From NCBI GenBank assembly GCA_963837955.1, contig CAWIPH010000002.1, positions 4,544,001-4,608,000 of the forward strand: 64,000 nt of DNA. The letters are read 5' to 3'. Position 1 is the stretch's first letter; the number at the start of each line of letters is the position of its first letter. The notes below the pieces were generated by a model. It was not told the DNA's origin, did not search any database, and saw only the letters and a program-made list of their open reading frames with translations. Source of the DNA: an uncultured Verrucomicrobiae bacterium. GTDB taxonomy: Bacteria > Verrucomicrobiota > Verrucomicrobiia > Chthoniobacterales > JAFAMB01. Below, in pieces: positions 48,999 through 58,494 of this stretch. Position numbers and translations under genes: made by a program.

Positions 48999-50096
48999 TC
49001 AGTTGAGCGCGGCAATCTGCTGCAGGATGCTCGTGCCAACTGGTCCTGGATCCATGCCGTCGCAGTTCAGGAGCAACGCGATGCCCATCGCCGGCGACAC
49101 TATCTGGCCGTTCGCCATTACCTGCCGCACGATTCCCACCCAACCCGAACATCCACCGCGGCTGGTCGCACCGTCTTTAGCGATGATGGTTGGAACCGAG
49201 GCATCCTGGTCGAAAATTTGCCAAGCTAAACCCATATCGAAATCGCAGTAGCTGCGATTCGGTTTTTGGGGCTTCGGTAATTGGACGTTCGTGGCCATGA
49301 CTAGCGCTTGCTGCAGAACACTGGGACTCGATGCCAAAGGCGCCGTCAAATTGGCTTCCATCCATGTGTACATGTCGGCGGCCGTACTCTTAATATCCGA
49401 CGCATCTTGGATGTTTTTGGTGGTACCATTCGCCATGTGACCCGTCGCAATCAGCTTGGCGGGTACATAATCAGGAATTGTTAAGCATGTGCTCGACAGC
49501 TGAGGATTGGTTTGTGAGGTGATCCAGTCCTCAAGGAGAACAGTGTAACCGGGTGTGAAACTCTTGTTGTTCTCTATGGCTACCACCGCGAAGCCCAAGG
49601 TAACGAACCCGACGTTTGAGTAGACCCAGGAGCCTTCGGTTTTGTTAAAATTGTCCGGATTCGACCACCAGCTCACCAGATCCTGCGACGGAGGCTGGTC
49701 CGTAAATAGATTGTCTGACGACTGGCCGCCACCTTCCTTCGGCATGCCGGAGGTTTGCGTCGCCAGCTCCAAAAGGCTCATGGTTTTCGAAGCAACACCG
49801 GGCAACCAGGTTTGGACCAAGGCGTTTCCTAAGTCTCCGACTTTCCCTAGACAATATAGATAGGCCAAGAGGGAGGCAGTAAACGTCTTAGTGATTGAAC
49901 CGACGCAAACGATCGTTTGCTCGGACATCGACGCGCTTGGGTTCGCCTGACCAAGGTAGTAGTAGGGCGAGACCTGCGAGTTAGCCGGATAATAAAAAGC
50001 CGCCGAGATTCCGCTGCCGGCCGGCATATTTTTGTACAGGCTAGCAACACCTGTGTTAATGATAGCTTCGATTTGGGACGGACTTGGGGTAGCCAT
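48999..50096 (-). CDS. Serine hydrolase, beta-lactamase class C-like fold
   Basis: SITK (SxxK), YSN and KDG motifs, TQTSG; no signal peptide; likely ATG 50096. Confidence 0.82.
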   Translation of the reverse strand: MATPSPSQIEAIINTGVASLYKNMPAGSGISAAFYYPANSQVSPYYYLGQANPSASMSEQTIVCVGSITKTFTASLLAYLYCLGKVGDLGNALVQTWLPGVASKTMSLLELATQTSGMPKEGGGQSSDNLFTDQPPSQDLVSWWSNPDNFNKTEGSWVYSNVGFVTLGFAVVAIENNKSFTPGYTVLLEDWITSQTNPQLSSTCLTIPDYVPAKLIATGHMANGTTKNIQDASDIKSTAADMYTWMEANLTAPLASSPSVLQQALVMATNVQLPKPQKPNRSYCDFDMGLAWQIFDQDASVPTIIAKDGATSRGGCSGWVGIVRQVMANGQIVSPAMGIALLLNCDGMDPGPVGTSILQQIAALN

Positions 50097-50436
50097 GATT
50101 ACATCCTTGATGTGCGATTGATGATGATCGGAGGGAAAATCGAGACGCTCGTTTCGAGCAGCGAACCAGGGTCCTCGGTTCAAAGGCGTTTGTACCATTT
50201 CTGCCGGGAAAGCACCAATCGATTATGAAGGATGTGATAATTCTGGATATTATTAGAATCGATAGGCCTGGGCAGATGGGAGCTAGGGACTTCGGATTTA
50301 GGATCCAGGAGATGGGAGCCGGCCGGACTAACCGGAGACAGGAGCTAAAGAGGCAGAGTTAGAAGTCAGAATTGAGAACGGCGACGGAGCCCTCTGTCGG
50401 CTGGTCAAATCTGGAAACTCAGTTATTCTCTCGGCC

Positions 50437-50943
50437 ATGCCGCTTGATCTCCCCGTTCACCGCCTGATTCAATTCGACGACGAATTCGCAGAGTTCTTCA
50501 GTGATCCTGGTAAAATCGCACCGCTTGAGGAAGTGGGCTGTGCCTATGATGCATCGAACTTCCCAGAAATCTATATTCGTGTCAGTGATACGGTAACGGG
50601 CCCGCGGATACTGTTGCGCAATGTTGAACATGTCTATTTGCTGTTCTCCTTCAACAAAGAAAAACGCCGATGGTCCGCGAAGCTTGCTCCGGATCCGAAA
50701 GGCGTTTTGGAACATCTTTATCCTCACTTCGGTTTCTGGCGCGATCTTCTTCCTCTCATCACCGCTGCCGGAGTGCGCGAAGAGTCGACCGATATGGGAA
50801 AGCTAAAGAACCCCAAGTATTTGGAGGAACTCATGATCGAATCGTACCTGACGATCGACCCGCTCGGTTGTATTCGCCGTAGACTCAATTTACTTACGGA
50901 CCCAGGCCAAGCGGTTCGCAAGTTTGTGAGCCTTGAGCGATGA
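50437..50943 (+). CDS. Hypothetical protein
   Basis: 168-aa ATG ORF filling unique sequence between repeat clusters. Confidence 0.5.
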   Translation: MPLDLPVHRLIQFDDEFAEFFSDPGKIAPLEEVGCAYDASNFPEIYIRVSDTVTGPRILLRNVEHVYLLFSFNKEKRRWSAKLAPDPKGVLEHLYPHFGFWRDLLPLITAAGVREESTDMGKLKNPKYLEELMIESYLTIDPLGCIRRRLNLLTDPGQAVRKFVSLER

Positions 50944-51450
50944 GCAGTAATCAGTAATCAGTGATCACTGATGAGGACGCGGGGGCAGGAGCTAGTATTT
51001 AGGAGTTCTGCTTAGCGTGCGTTCGCGTGGCTTTTGGGTTGTCGGACGATTTCTTGCGCTCCTACAGAGCGATCGCGTTATTGGATCTAACCCAGGGTTA
51101 CGCAAAGCCTCCGGGCGAAGCGCATGACAAATAGCAAATAGCAGATAGCAAATGAAGGCCTGACGGACCTATTGAAATAACCGGAAGCGATATGGGCTGA
51201 GTCCTCATACGCCTTCCGACTCCGCCCATCATCAACGGTAGTTCGAAGATCGGAGGAAGCTTCGTCGGACAAGTTGGCGTGAGAAACCACGAAGTCATTT
51301 GACCTTAGGCCCGTTCTGAATGTCGAATCTGATTTTGTTCCCTGGACGGTTACCTCAATCCAATCCGGAGCAGAGGGCGCGAAATCATCTCTACCGACCA
51401 AGGGCTGGGAGCGTTATTGGGATACCGAGCGTCGCTACCGAAAAGAAAGA

Positions 51451-54400
51451 TCAATCGTTCCACTGTTTTTTGAGTGAATCTTTCGCCTGGTCTTTCTGGT
51501 CGTCGAGCTTGTCCATCTTATCCTCGAGTACCTTTTTCCGGTATTTCCATTGGTCCTTGGCTGCCCCGGAAGTGTGATCAATCCAGTACTCAAAATATTT
51601 CTTCTGCTGTTTCATCGCTTCCTTTTTGGCGTCCCAGTCCGAGTCGAATTTACGAAACGCTTCCTTCTTGGCCTGGTCCCACTGTTCTTTGGTGCGATAC
51701 ACGGGAGTCGCTGAAACACGTGGACGGCTCGGGGCTGCCTTGGGGCTGGGAGAAGCCGATGCGTCTACCGTCGGGAAAGGATTTCCGTGAAAAACCGTGT
51801 TGGCGGGCCTGGCGGGACCAACCGGCGTGGGCGAAGCGCCGGGCTGCGCTGGAGTGGTCTGTACGGTGGGAATATTTTGGTCTGGTTCGTTTGGCTGATT
51901 TGCCTCCGAACCCCCGCTCCCAAAGACAAATTGCATGACCAACCGGCGATTCGCTTGAATCTCAGCAGTCCGCGTCTGATCCGGAGCCCCATCGGCCTTC
52001 ACCACCACTTGATGTTTACCGGGAGGCAAAATCCCCTCAATCGGCGCATGCCCGAGGCTAATCCCGCCGATCAACACCTCGGCATCCGTGCGATCAGCAG
52101 TGATCGAGAGCAGTCCGTATATATGCTTAAACTCAACAACGGAAGTTCCGTTCGGATCGGGCGTGAATCTCTGGCTGACCGGCGCTAACGAACCGATCTT
52201 CGAGGTCAGGTCCACTTGACCCTGCGGCAAGTTGTAACTGAACGGCGTTTTGCCAATTTCCGCGCCGGCTAAGTAAATTGTCGCGCCCGAGGGATCACTT
52301 TTCAGCGTCACATTGGTACCTTGAAAAGTATGCTGGATGGCAACTGAGGCGTCCGCCGTGAGATCTACGTCTTCAACGATCTCTGGCCACCCGGGTCGCT
52401 GAATTTTCACCTGATATTTGCCGGTGGGCATGTTTTGCACTGTCAGCGGCGTAATCCCCGAGGTCACTTTGTTCTCCGAGTCGATGATCACAAAAGGAAC
52501 TCCCGGCGGATTCGTCTTCACCAGAAATTGTCCGATATCTCTGACCAGCACGATTTGACCGAGATTGTTGATCGCATCGTTGGCTATGTCGGCCTCGACT
52601 GAGCGTGTTTGATAACCTGGAGATTCAATGGTCAATACCTGTTTACCGACTGGAAGCTGATATTTGATAAGCGGCGTCTGGCCAACGTCGCGCTCGTTCC
52701 ATTTCACGCTGGCTCCGTCCGGTTTTGTCGTGAGTGTCACAAAACCTTCGTGAGTCACCGGCTTTACCGGCTCGGATTTGTGAAAGAACATGCTAATCGC
52801 CAAGACCCCGGCGACCGCGACTAAGACGAACACTCCAATGACGGCAGTAACAATGCGGAGAAGCAACGGGGAAGTTCTGAGTCGTTCCTCTGATTCTTCG
52901 CCGGCAGACGATGCAGGCTCGGAGGCAACGCTTTCGCTGGGAATCGGCGGCGGCATTCCGGACGGACTTTTCGTTGGAAGCACGCCTCGGTCGGTCTGAC
53001 TCTCAGCCTGCTCCAAAGCGGATAAAAACTCGCCAGCAGAACCGAAGCGGGCCGACTCTACCAATGCTGTTCGGAGGACGCCGTTACCGGCTTCGGAAAG
53101 ACCAGAAAGAGGGCTAAATCGAAAGTTAGGACCTGGGCCATGAGTCTGCGGACTGGCGCCGCCGAGAAGCTCGTAGATCATTTGAGCCAGCTGTTGCGGC
53201 GCAGTCCGAGCAACTGCTTGGAGGCCAGTGGGAACGATTGTCTGGGTGGGCGCGGCGAATTGGGCATGCAGCGTTGTGCCCAAGCTCAATGTATCAACCT
53301 TAAGAAGGAAGGGGGGCCATCCGGTCACCGGCGAACGTTGGAGCTCAACCACGTTGTCGTTAGAATCCGCAGGCTCGACGAACACGTTCCGTAGCGTGAG
53401 ATTTGTGACCAGCAGACGTTTGGCCGCGACGAAGTCGAGCACCTTGGCCAAAGGACGAACCAACCGCGATGTTTCATCCCACTCGAGCAAGCGGCGCGCT
53501 CGCAGGAGATCCTGAAAGGAAAAGCCGCGGACCCATTCGCTCAACAAAATAAATCCGCGATCCGAGGGTTCGATCCCATATACTTCGGTCAAATTCGGAT
53601 GGTGAATACTCTTAAGCCGATCGATTTCGGCTCGGAAATCACCCAACTGTTGGGTGTCGAACTGAGCAGCTTCGGCAAAGGGGCGTAGAGCAAGGACGCT
53701 CGTCGAGTGTAGATCTTTCGCTTCGAAGAGCGACGCATCCAAAGGCGACTGGCCGAGAATTTCGTAGCGATTCCGAATGACTTGGCCGATCGCAAATCCA
53801 TCAGCGCCACTTTCGGAGGGCACTTCCCGCTTCGGAAACGGGACGGCGACGGTTGGATTTTCGCTCTTAGACTCTGTCAGCGCCGCATCCAACGCTTGTT
53901 TTAAGTCCTGCGGCGTCTGGAACCTGTCATCCGCTTTTTTGGCAAGGCATTTCTCGAGGATCTGCGCCACGGGAGGATGTAAAGTTGCCAAGACTTCTGC
54001 TGGAAGCGGCGACCCGAGCTGCTGATGAATCACGCTTGCGACCGAGCCTTGAAACGGAGGCTTCCCAGTAAGCATGAACCATAAAGTTGCTCCTAACGAA
54101 TAGATGTCCGAGCGGATATCGATATCGCGCTCCTCGAGTTGCTCCGGACTGGCAAAGTGCGGCGTTCCGACAAAACCGCCGACGGTAACAGTCACCGACT
54201 GATCGGCACCGGACAAAACCGATTTTGCCAATCCGAAATCGATCACTTTGACCAACAGATGGTCTTCGTCATCGTCGCGAACGACCATGATATTGGACGG
54301 TTTGATATCCCGATGAACGAGTTTTTGCTTATCAGCCGCAATCAAAGCTCGAGCGACTTGCCGGGTGATTCGCAGAGCGAGCTCGGGCGCTAACGATTCT

Positions 54401-54726
54401 GCTTGTTGGACCCGATGTTCGACCGTTTCCCCCTCTACATACTCCATCGCGTAGAAGAAGCTGCCGGAGGCACTTCCCAGGTGGAATACGGCTGCGACAT
54501 TTGGATGCCGGAGCTGAGCTGCGGCCCGGGCTTCGCGGAGAAATCGCTGCCGTGCGGCCTCGCTATTCAGATATTGCGGGTTGATGACCTTTAAGGCGAC
54601 GTCACATCGCAGGTTCGTATCGAAAGCCTTGTAGGTGACGCCCATCGCGCCTCTCCCCAGTTCCCACAGCGATCCGTCCGGGCGACGCAATACTTGAAAA
54701 TGTTCGAATTTTTCCGTTTCAGGCAT
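51451..54726 (-). CDS. Hanks-type Ser/Thr protein kinase with a second kinase-like domain, TM helix and PEGA repeats
   Basis: GRGAMG, VALK, HRDIKPSN, DFG, SPE; degenerate second domain (RYEILG, HHPNL); G.TP PEGA repeats. Confidence 0.92.
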   Translation of the reverse strand: MPETEKFEHFQVLRRPDGSLWELGRGAMGVTYKAFDTNLRCDVALKVINPQYLNSEAARQRFLREARAAAQLRHPNVAAVFHLGSASGSFFYAMEYVEGETVEHRVQQAESLAPELALRITRQVARALIAADKQKLVHRDIKPSNIMVVRDDDEDHLLVKVIDFGLAKSVLSGADQSVTVTVGGFVGTPHFASPEQLEERDIDIRSDIYSLGATLWFMLTGKPPFQGSVASVIHQQLGSPLPAEVLATLHPPVAQILEKCLAKKADDRFQTPQDLKQALDAALTESKSENPTVAVPFPKREVPSESGADGFAIGQVIRNRYEILGQSPLDASLFEAKDLHSTSVLALRPFAEAAQFDTQQLGDFRAEIDRLKSIHHPNLTEVYGIEPSDRGFILLSEWVRGFSFQDLLRARRLLEWDETSRLVRPLAKVLDFVAAKRLLVTNLTLRNVFVEPADSNDNVVELQRSPVTGWPPFLLKVDTLSLGTTLHAQFAAPTQTIVPTGLQAVARTAPQQLAQMIYELLGGASPQTHGPGPNFRFSPLSGLSEAGNGVLRTALVESARFGSAGEFLSALEQAESQTDRGVLPTKSPSGMPPPIPSESVASEPASSAGEESEERLRTSPLLLRIVTAVIGVFVLVAVAGVLAISMFFHKSEPVKPVTHEGFVTLTTKPDGASVKWNERDVGQTPLIKYQLPVGKQVLTIESPGYQTRSVEADIANDAINNLGQIVLVRDIGQFLVKTNPPGVPFVIIDSENKVTSGITPLTVQNMPTGKYQVKIQRPGWPEIVEDVDLTADASVAIQHTFQGTNVTLKSDPSGATIYLAGAEIGKTPFSYNLPQGQVDLTSKIGSLAPVSQRFTPDPNGTSVVEFKHIYGLLSITADRTDAEVLIGGISLGHAPIEGILPPGKHQVVVKADGAPDQTRTAEIQANRRLVMQFVFGSGGSEANQPNEPDQNIPTVQTTPAQPGASPTPVGPARPANTVFHGNPFPTVDASASPSPKAAPSRPRVSATPVYRTKEQWDQAKKEAFRKFDSDWDAKKEAMKQQKKYFEYWIDHTSGAAKDQWKYRKKVLEDKMDKLDDQKDQAKDSLKKQWND

Positions 54727-54788
54727 GCGTTAATCCCTTCGAGGCGAGAGCCACATCACTGTTCCAGACACCCAGAATAATAATGATC

Positions 54789-55250
54789 TCACTCCGGCTT
54801 GTCGATAACGAGCCGATTCGGGTCAGAAGCCTTTGGATCACGAAAAATCCGGGGAGGGTTCGTCGAAATTACTTTGTACCCGGTCAGCACGAATTCAGGA
54901 TAAAAGGCGTTGGAAGCAGGTTCATACACGGTCTGGCCGGAGAAATACCCCTCCAGGCGGTATTCTGTACCCTTGTCATACCCCATGGCGTTGGCTTCTC
55001 GGTCCGGAGCCAAAACCTTTTGCTCGTTGAGCATGATCAGCTGGGCGGTACTCCAGGGCTGTTGAGGCCGGCGCACGTATCCCCAGAAGAAGTAGTTTCG
55101 GCGATAAAAGCGACGGCCTATGTAATAACTGCCGGGCTGCTCTGCAGCAATGCTTTGGGCTACCTGCACCTTGGTTTGTTGAAATTCGTCGGTAACACAA
55201 CTGGACACCAACACTGCGAGCGTCGCAGCGGCGAAGATATTTCGCATCAT
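54789..55250 (-). CDS. Hypothetical lipoprotein
   Basis: Lipobox LVSSC; overlaps the upstream stop. Confidence 0.75.
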   Translation of the reverse strand: MMRNIFAAATLAVLVSSCVTDEFQQTKVQVAQSIAAEQPGSYYIGRRFYRRNYFFWGYVRRPQQPWSTAQLIMLNEQKVLAPDREANAMGYDKGTEYRLEGYFSGQTVYEPASNAFYPEFVLTGYKVISTNPPRIFRDPKASDPNRLVIDKPE

Positions 55251-56173
55251 AAAAGCTGCTGGAGATACGGCTCGATCGCTTCGGCGAAAGCATCTTCGTT
55301 GTGAAGATGCGGCAGCTGAACACCCGAAAATACGGCCCAGATTTCGGTGTGCTTCACGGTCTGGCCCGGAAATACCTCCTGGTAGGGTCCAAGACTTTCC
55401 AGCTCAAGAAATTCTTCGTTCGTAAACGCTTCGAAATTGGAACCCATGTCCGGATACTCTTTGCCTTCAATTAACGGGACGGTTTTCAAAAACAGGTGAT
55501 CGCCGAGAACATATCCAGACCACCGTTCCGTATGCCGTAAGCCGAATTTGATTGGCGGCCGATTGGTTTGCTCGAGCCGGATGAAGCGCCGCCCAAAATG
55601 AAGCCGTTCATCGCTGAGATCAGTAAACGGCCACAGACTTATGGTTCGGTTGGGCAAGAAGTCTCGGGGATGAGTCCCCAAGGGAGGCTGCGGAATAACC
55701 GCGAAACCACCGGGCGCCATCACGCTAAGAGCCCAAGGCGCAAATCGAAGCGGCGAGTTGCCCTGATTGGTCACAGAGTGCTCTACGCTGACTCGTGGAC
55801 CATTTGCGGCCAGCCGAACCGTAATATCTCTTCGGATCTGCGCGGGCTTTTGCATGAAATGGGTGACGTTCGCTTCGAATTCTCCTTCGATGCGGAATTC
55901 CACCGGAAAATTATCGAGAACGTAGGTTAAGCCATTCGGATCTCCGTAATCCTCCGGCGCTGTCCACAGACGATGTCCACCCCGGATCATCCAGGTCTTC
56001 TCGTGCGACTTCCCGCTTTGCTCGGTAAAGACCTTAAAGACATTGGTACCGTTGAGCGGGCGAAAAGAGATAATCCGTGGACCGACTTCGCGCAGAATCA
56101 CTACCTCGACTTGATCGTTGGCTAGCCGGAGATTGTCAGTCCAACCGGCGAAAGCGAAATGATCAGTTACCAT
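55247..56173 (-). CDS. Hypothetical protein, DUF4380/galactose mutarotase-like
   Basis: GPRII, GGHRLWTAPE, ELESLGP motifs. Confidence 0.7.
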   Translation of the reverse strand: MVTDHFAFAGWTDNLRLANDQVEVVILREVGPRIISFRPLNGTNVFKVFTEQSGKSHEKTWMIRGGHRLWTAPEDYGDPNGLTYVLDNFPVEFRIEGEFEANVTHFMQKPAQIRRDITVRLAANGPRVSVEHSVTNQGNSPLRFAPWALSVMAPGGFAVIPQPPLGTHPRDFLPNRTISLWPFTDLSDERLHFGRRFIRLEQTNRPPIKFGLRHTERWSGYVLGDHLFLKTVPLIEGKEYPDMGSNFEAFTNEEFLELESLGPYQEVFPGQTVKHTEIWAVFSGVQLPHLHNEDAFAEAIEPYLQQLL

Positions 56174-56600
56174 GTGCCTGGTTTTTGGCGCGCGATAATA
56201 TTTGGGGGTTGTTTCGAAGTACTGCCATCAACGACTCGATGGCATTGAGAGTTTGTGGGCTGATGTGATGTTCCATTCCTTCAACGTCGTGATAAACCAC
56301 TTCTTCCTCGATCTCTAGCATTCGTAGAAAATCAGTTAACAATTGGTGACGTCGCATGATATTACGCGCCAACGTTTCTCCGGCGGTCGTGAGCACTAAG
56401 CCACGGTACTTTTCGTACTTCAAGAGTCCCTCAGAGTCGAGCCGCTGCACCATATTGGTCACGCTCGCTTGAGAAATCTTCAAGCCGTGAGCGATATCCG
56501 CAACCCTCGCGTAGCCCTTGGTATTAATGAGGTCGAGGATCCGCTCCAGGTAATCCTCGACCGCAGAAGAACGAGCCACCGGCGCAGGCTTATCGGGCAT
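56163..56600 (-). CDS. mntR: DtxR/MntR family metal-dependent regulator
   Basis: EDYLE, SVTNMVQRL, YEKYRG, RHQLL, EGMEHH. Confidence 0.88.
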   Translation of the reverse strand: MPDKPAPVARSSAVEDYLERILDLINTKGYARVADIAHGLKISQASVTNMVQRLDSEGLLKYEKYRGLVLTTAGETLARNIMRRHQLLTDFLRMLEIEEEVVYHDVEGMEHHISPQTLNAIESLMAVLRNNPQILSRAKNQAHGN

Positions 56601-56688
56601 AAAATTTGATTATCATATATTTCACCGAGAGTATCAACAATGATGAAATGCCGATCCGGCGCACTAGGAGCTTGTCCGAGTATTCGAT

Positions 56689-57222
56689 CTAAACTCTCTT
56701 GCGCGCGTATCGGACCACACCCTCCTCGGGCGGCTCGCTTAGCAATTTAAAGCCATTCTTTTCGAGAACCCGAATTGAGGCAACAAGTGTAGGTACGGTT
56801 TCCGCCGTCACAATTTGTACCTCGGGGTGAGAAAATGCCCAGGCGACCAAGGTGGCCACTGCTTCTGAAGCCAAGCCTAGCCGCTGATAATCAGGCATAA
56901 TCGAATAGCCGACTTCAACGATTCCTTGCCCAGAGGGCTTTCCCTTGAACCCACCGATGCCTATAGCTTTGGCCTTTTCGTCCGCGGTGCCGGTCAGGAG
57001 GAAATACCAGGCCGCCCAACCAGCGGCATCGGGATTTTCTGCGAGGTAACCCAGAGTAAACGCCTTTGAACTATCGTCGTTCAGTGGAGGTGGCCAGTCT
57101 CGCGGAACGTCAGCCTCGAGCAACTGAGAAAACTCAGAAATATTATCTAGATCGGCCGCAGCAAGTTCTGGTGTGGTAGACCTCAGTAGCAATCTTCGTG
57201 TTCTCAGCAAAATAGATTCCAT
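56689..57222 (-). CDS. RimJ/RimL-type GNAT N-acetyltransferase
   Basis: VEVGYSI, QRLGLASEA, ASIRVLEKNGF. Confidence 0.9.
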   Translation of the reverse strand: MESILLRTRRLLLRSTTPELAAADLDNISEFSQLLEADVPRDWPPPLNDDSSKAFTLGYLAENPDAAGWAAWYFLLTGTADEKAKAIGIGGFKGKPSGQGIVEVGYSIMPDYQRLGLASEAVATLVAWAFSHPEVQIVTAETVPTLVASIRVLEKNGFKLLSEPPEEGVVRYARKRV

Positions 57223-57366
57223 TCAAATCATGACGGTGCGACGTGAGTGGTGAACAAGTCATCCGGCTCCCATCGAACACATATCCCCTCAGACACGAGC
57301 GGCTACCAGAAAATCACCTTCGCCTACTTCGTGTTCGACGTGGTGGACCAACTGAATTTGCCGGTG

Positions 57367-58494
57367 TCAGCTATTCCCCAACAATAACGAGTTCACTTGT
57401 TGGTTAAATCCAATCGCTGTTACTAGAGCTCGATGAAGCTTCATCGAACGGCTCTCTCGGCAGAGTGACGGAAGCCGGTCTCCACCATGTCGGGTTCCAG
57501 GCACGGTTTGATTGCGAAGAGCAAGCGCGGCGAATGCCGTCTGGAAAAGCGAGCTTGCGCCGAGCGCCTCTCCCAATGCCGGTTTATAGCTATAAACCAA
57601 AGTCTTGGGCAGCAACTCGCGGAATAGCTGTTCTTCGATGCGGTCAACGAACGTACCGTTGGCGCTGGAAATTAGACAATCCGGAAGTTCTTCCTGAATC
57701 ATTGGCTCAACTACCTGCCGAGCTGCTGCCAGCGCATCTCGCTTGGAAAAAAATGGTAATCCCGGTCCGATCTTTAAAAGAGGAACCCCGCCGGTACGCC
57801 CGACCACGACGGCAGCCGCGCCTTCGCCAAAAACAGTTCCCCGCTGCTTCCCGAAAACTTCGAAGTCAGCTTCTCGGGCCGTCATCCGCCAGCTATCGAA
57901 TGCATCCGAGAGGACCCAATCTGCTTCCTCGGTGCCGACCACCACGCAAAGTTCCAGCTCGCAGTGACGAGCAAGAAGCTGGGTAGCAAAATGGAGAGCG
58001 GACAATCCGACTGATGAATCACCCACCAGAGTGTAGCTTTGGCCGTCTAACTTCAGCAAAGCAGCTAAATGACTGGCTGGCGCATTATATACCGTTTCCG
58101 GGAATAACATCGGGCTGACCGCGTTGGCGCCCTGAGTAATGAGCTCGTGATAGAAGCGCCGGGTATAATTTACTCCGCCCGAACAGATCGCGAAAATCAC
58201 TGCGCATCGCAGTCCCGACTCTTGACCGGGCGGGATTCCAGCGTCCGCCAGAGCATCGTAGGCGGCGGCCGCGCCCATCAGTGAAAGCATTCCGGAACGG
58301 CGCAGACGCGGCTGACGCCCCGCGTCCACGACAAATTTTTCGGGAACGGGAACATAGTAATATTCCCGATCAGCCATTCCGTTCGGCAACGTTTTTCGGG
58401 GCGCCTCATTCCCGGCCACAAGTTGGGCCCAGGTTGTGGCTGCGTTGGGGCCGAGCGGAGAGACAGCTCCGACCCCTTGAATAAACACGGTCAT
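57367..58494 (-). CDS. Beta-ketoacyl synthase-like protein lacking the catalytic Cys/His (chain-length-factor-like)
   Basis: SPMLFPETVYNAPA, GEGAAA; GDSSVG, SANGT and LGE replace ACSSG, HGT and GH. Confidence 0.82.
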   Translation of the reverse strand: MTVFIQGVGAVSPLGPNAATTWAQLVAGNEAPRKTLPNGMADREYYYVPVPEKFVVDAGRQPRLRRSGMLSLMGAAAAYDALADAGIPPGQESGLRCAVIFAICSGGVNYTRRFYHELITQGANAVSPMLFPETVYNAPASHLAALLKLDGQSYTLVGDSSVGLSALHFATQLLARHCELELCVVVGTEEADWVLSDAFDSWRMTAREADFEVFGKQRGTVFGEGAAAVVVGRTGGVPLLKIGPGLPFFSKRDALAAARQVVEPMIQEELPDCLISSANGTFVDRIEEQLFRELLPKTLVYSYKPALGEALGASSLFQTAFAALALRNQTVPGTRHGGDRLPSLCRESRSMKLHRALVTAIGFNQQVNSLLLGNS

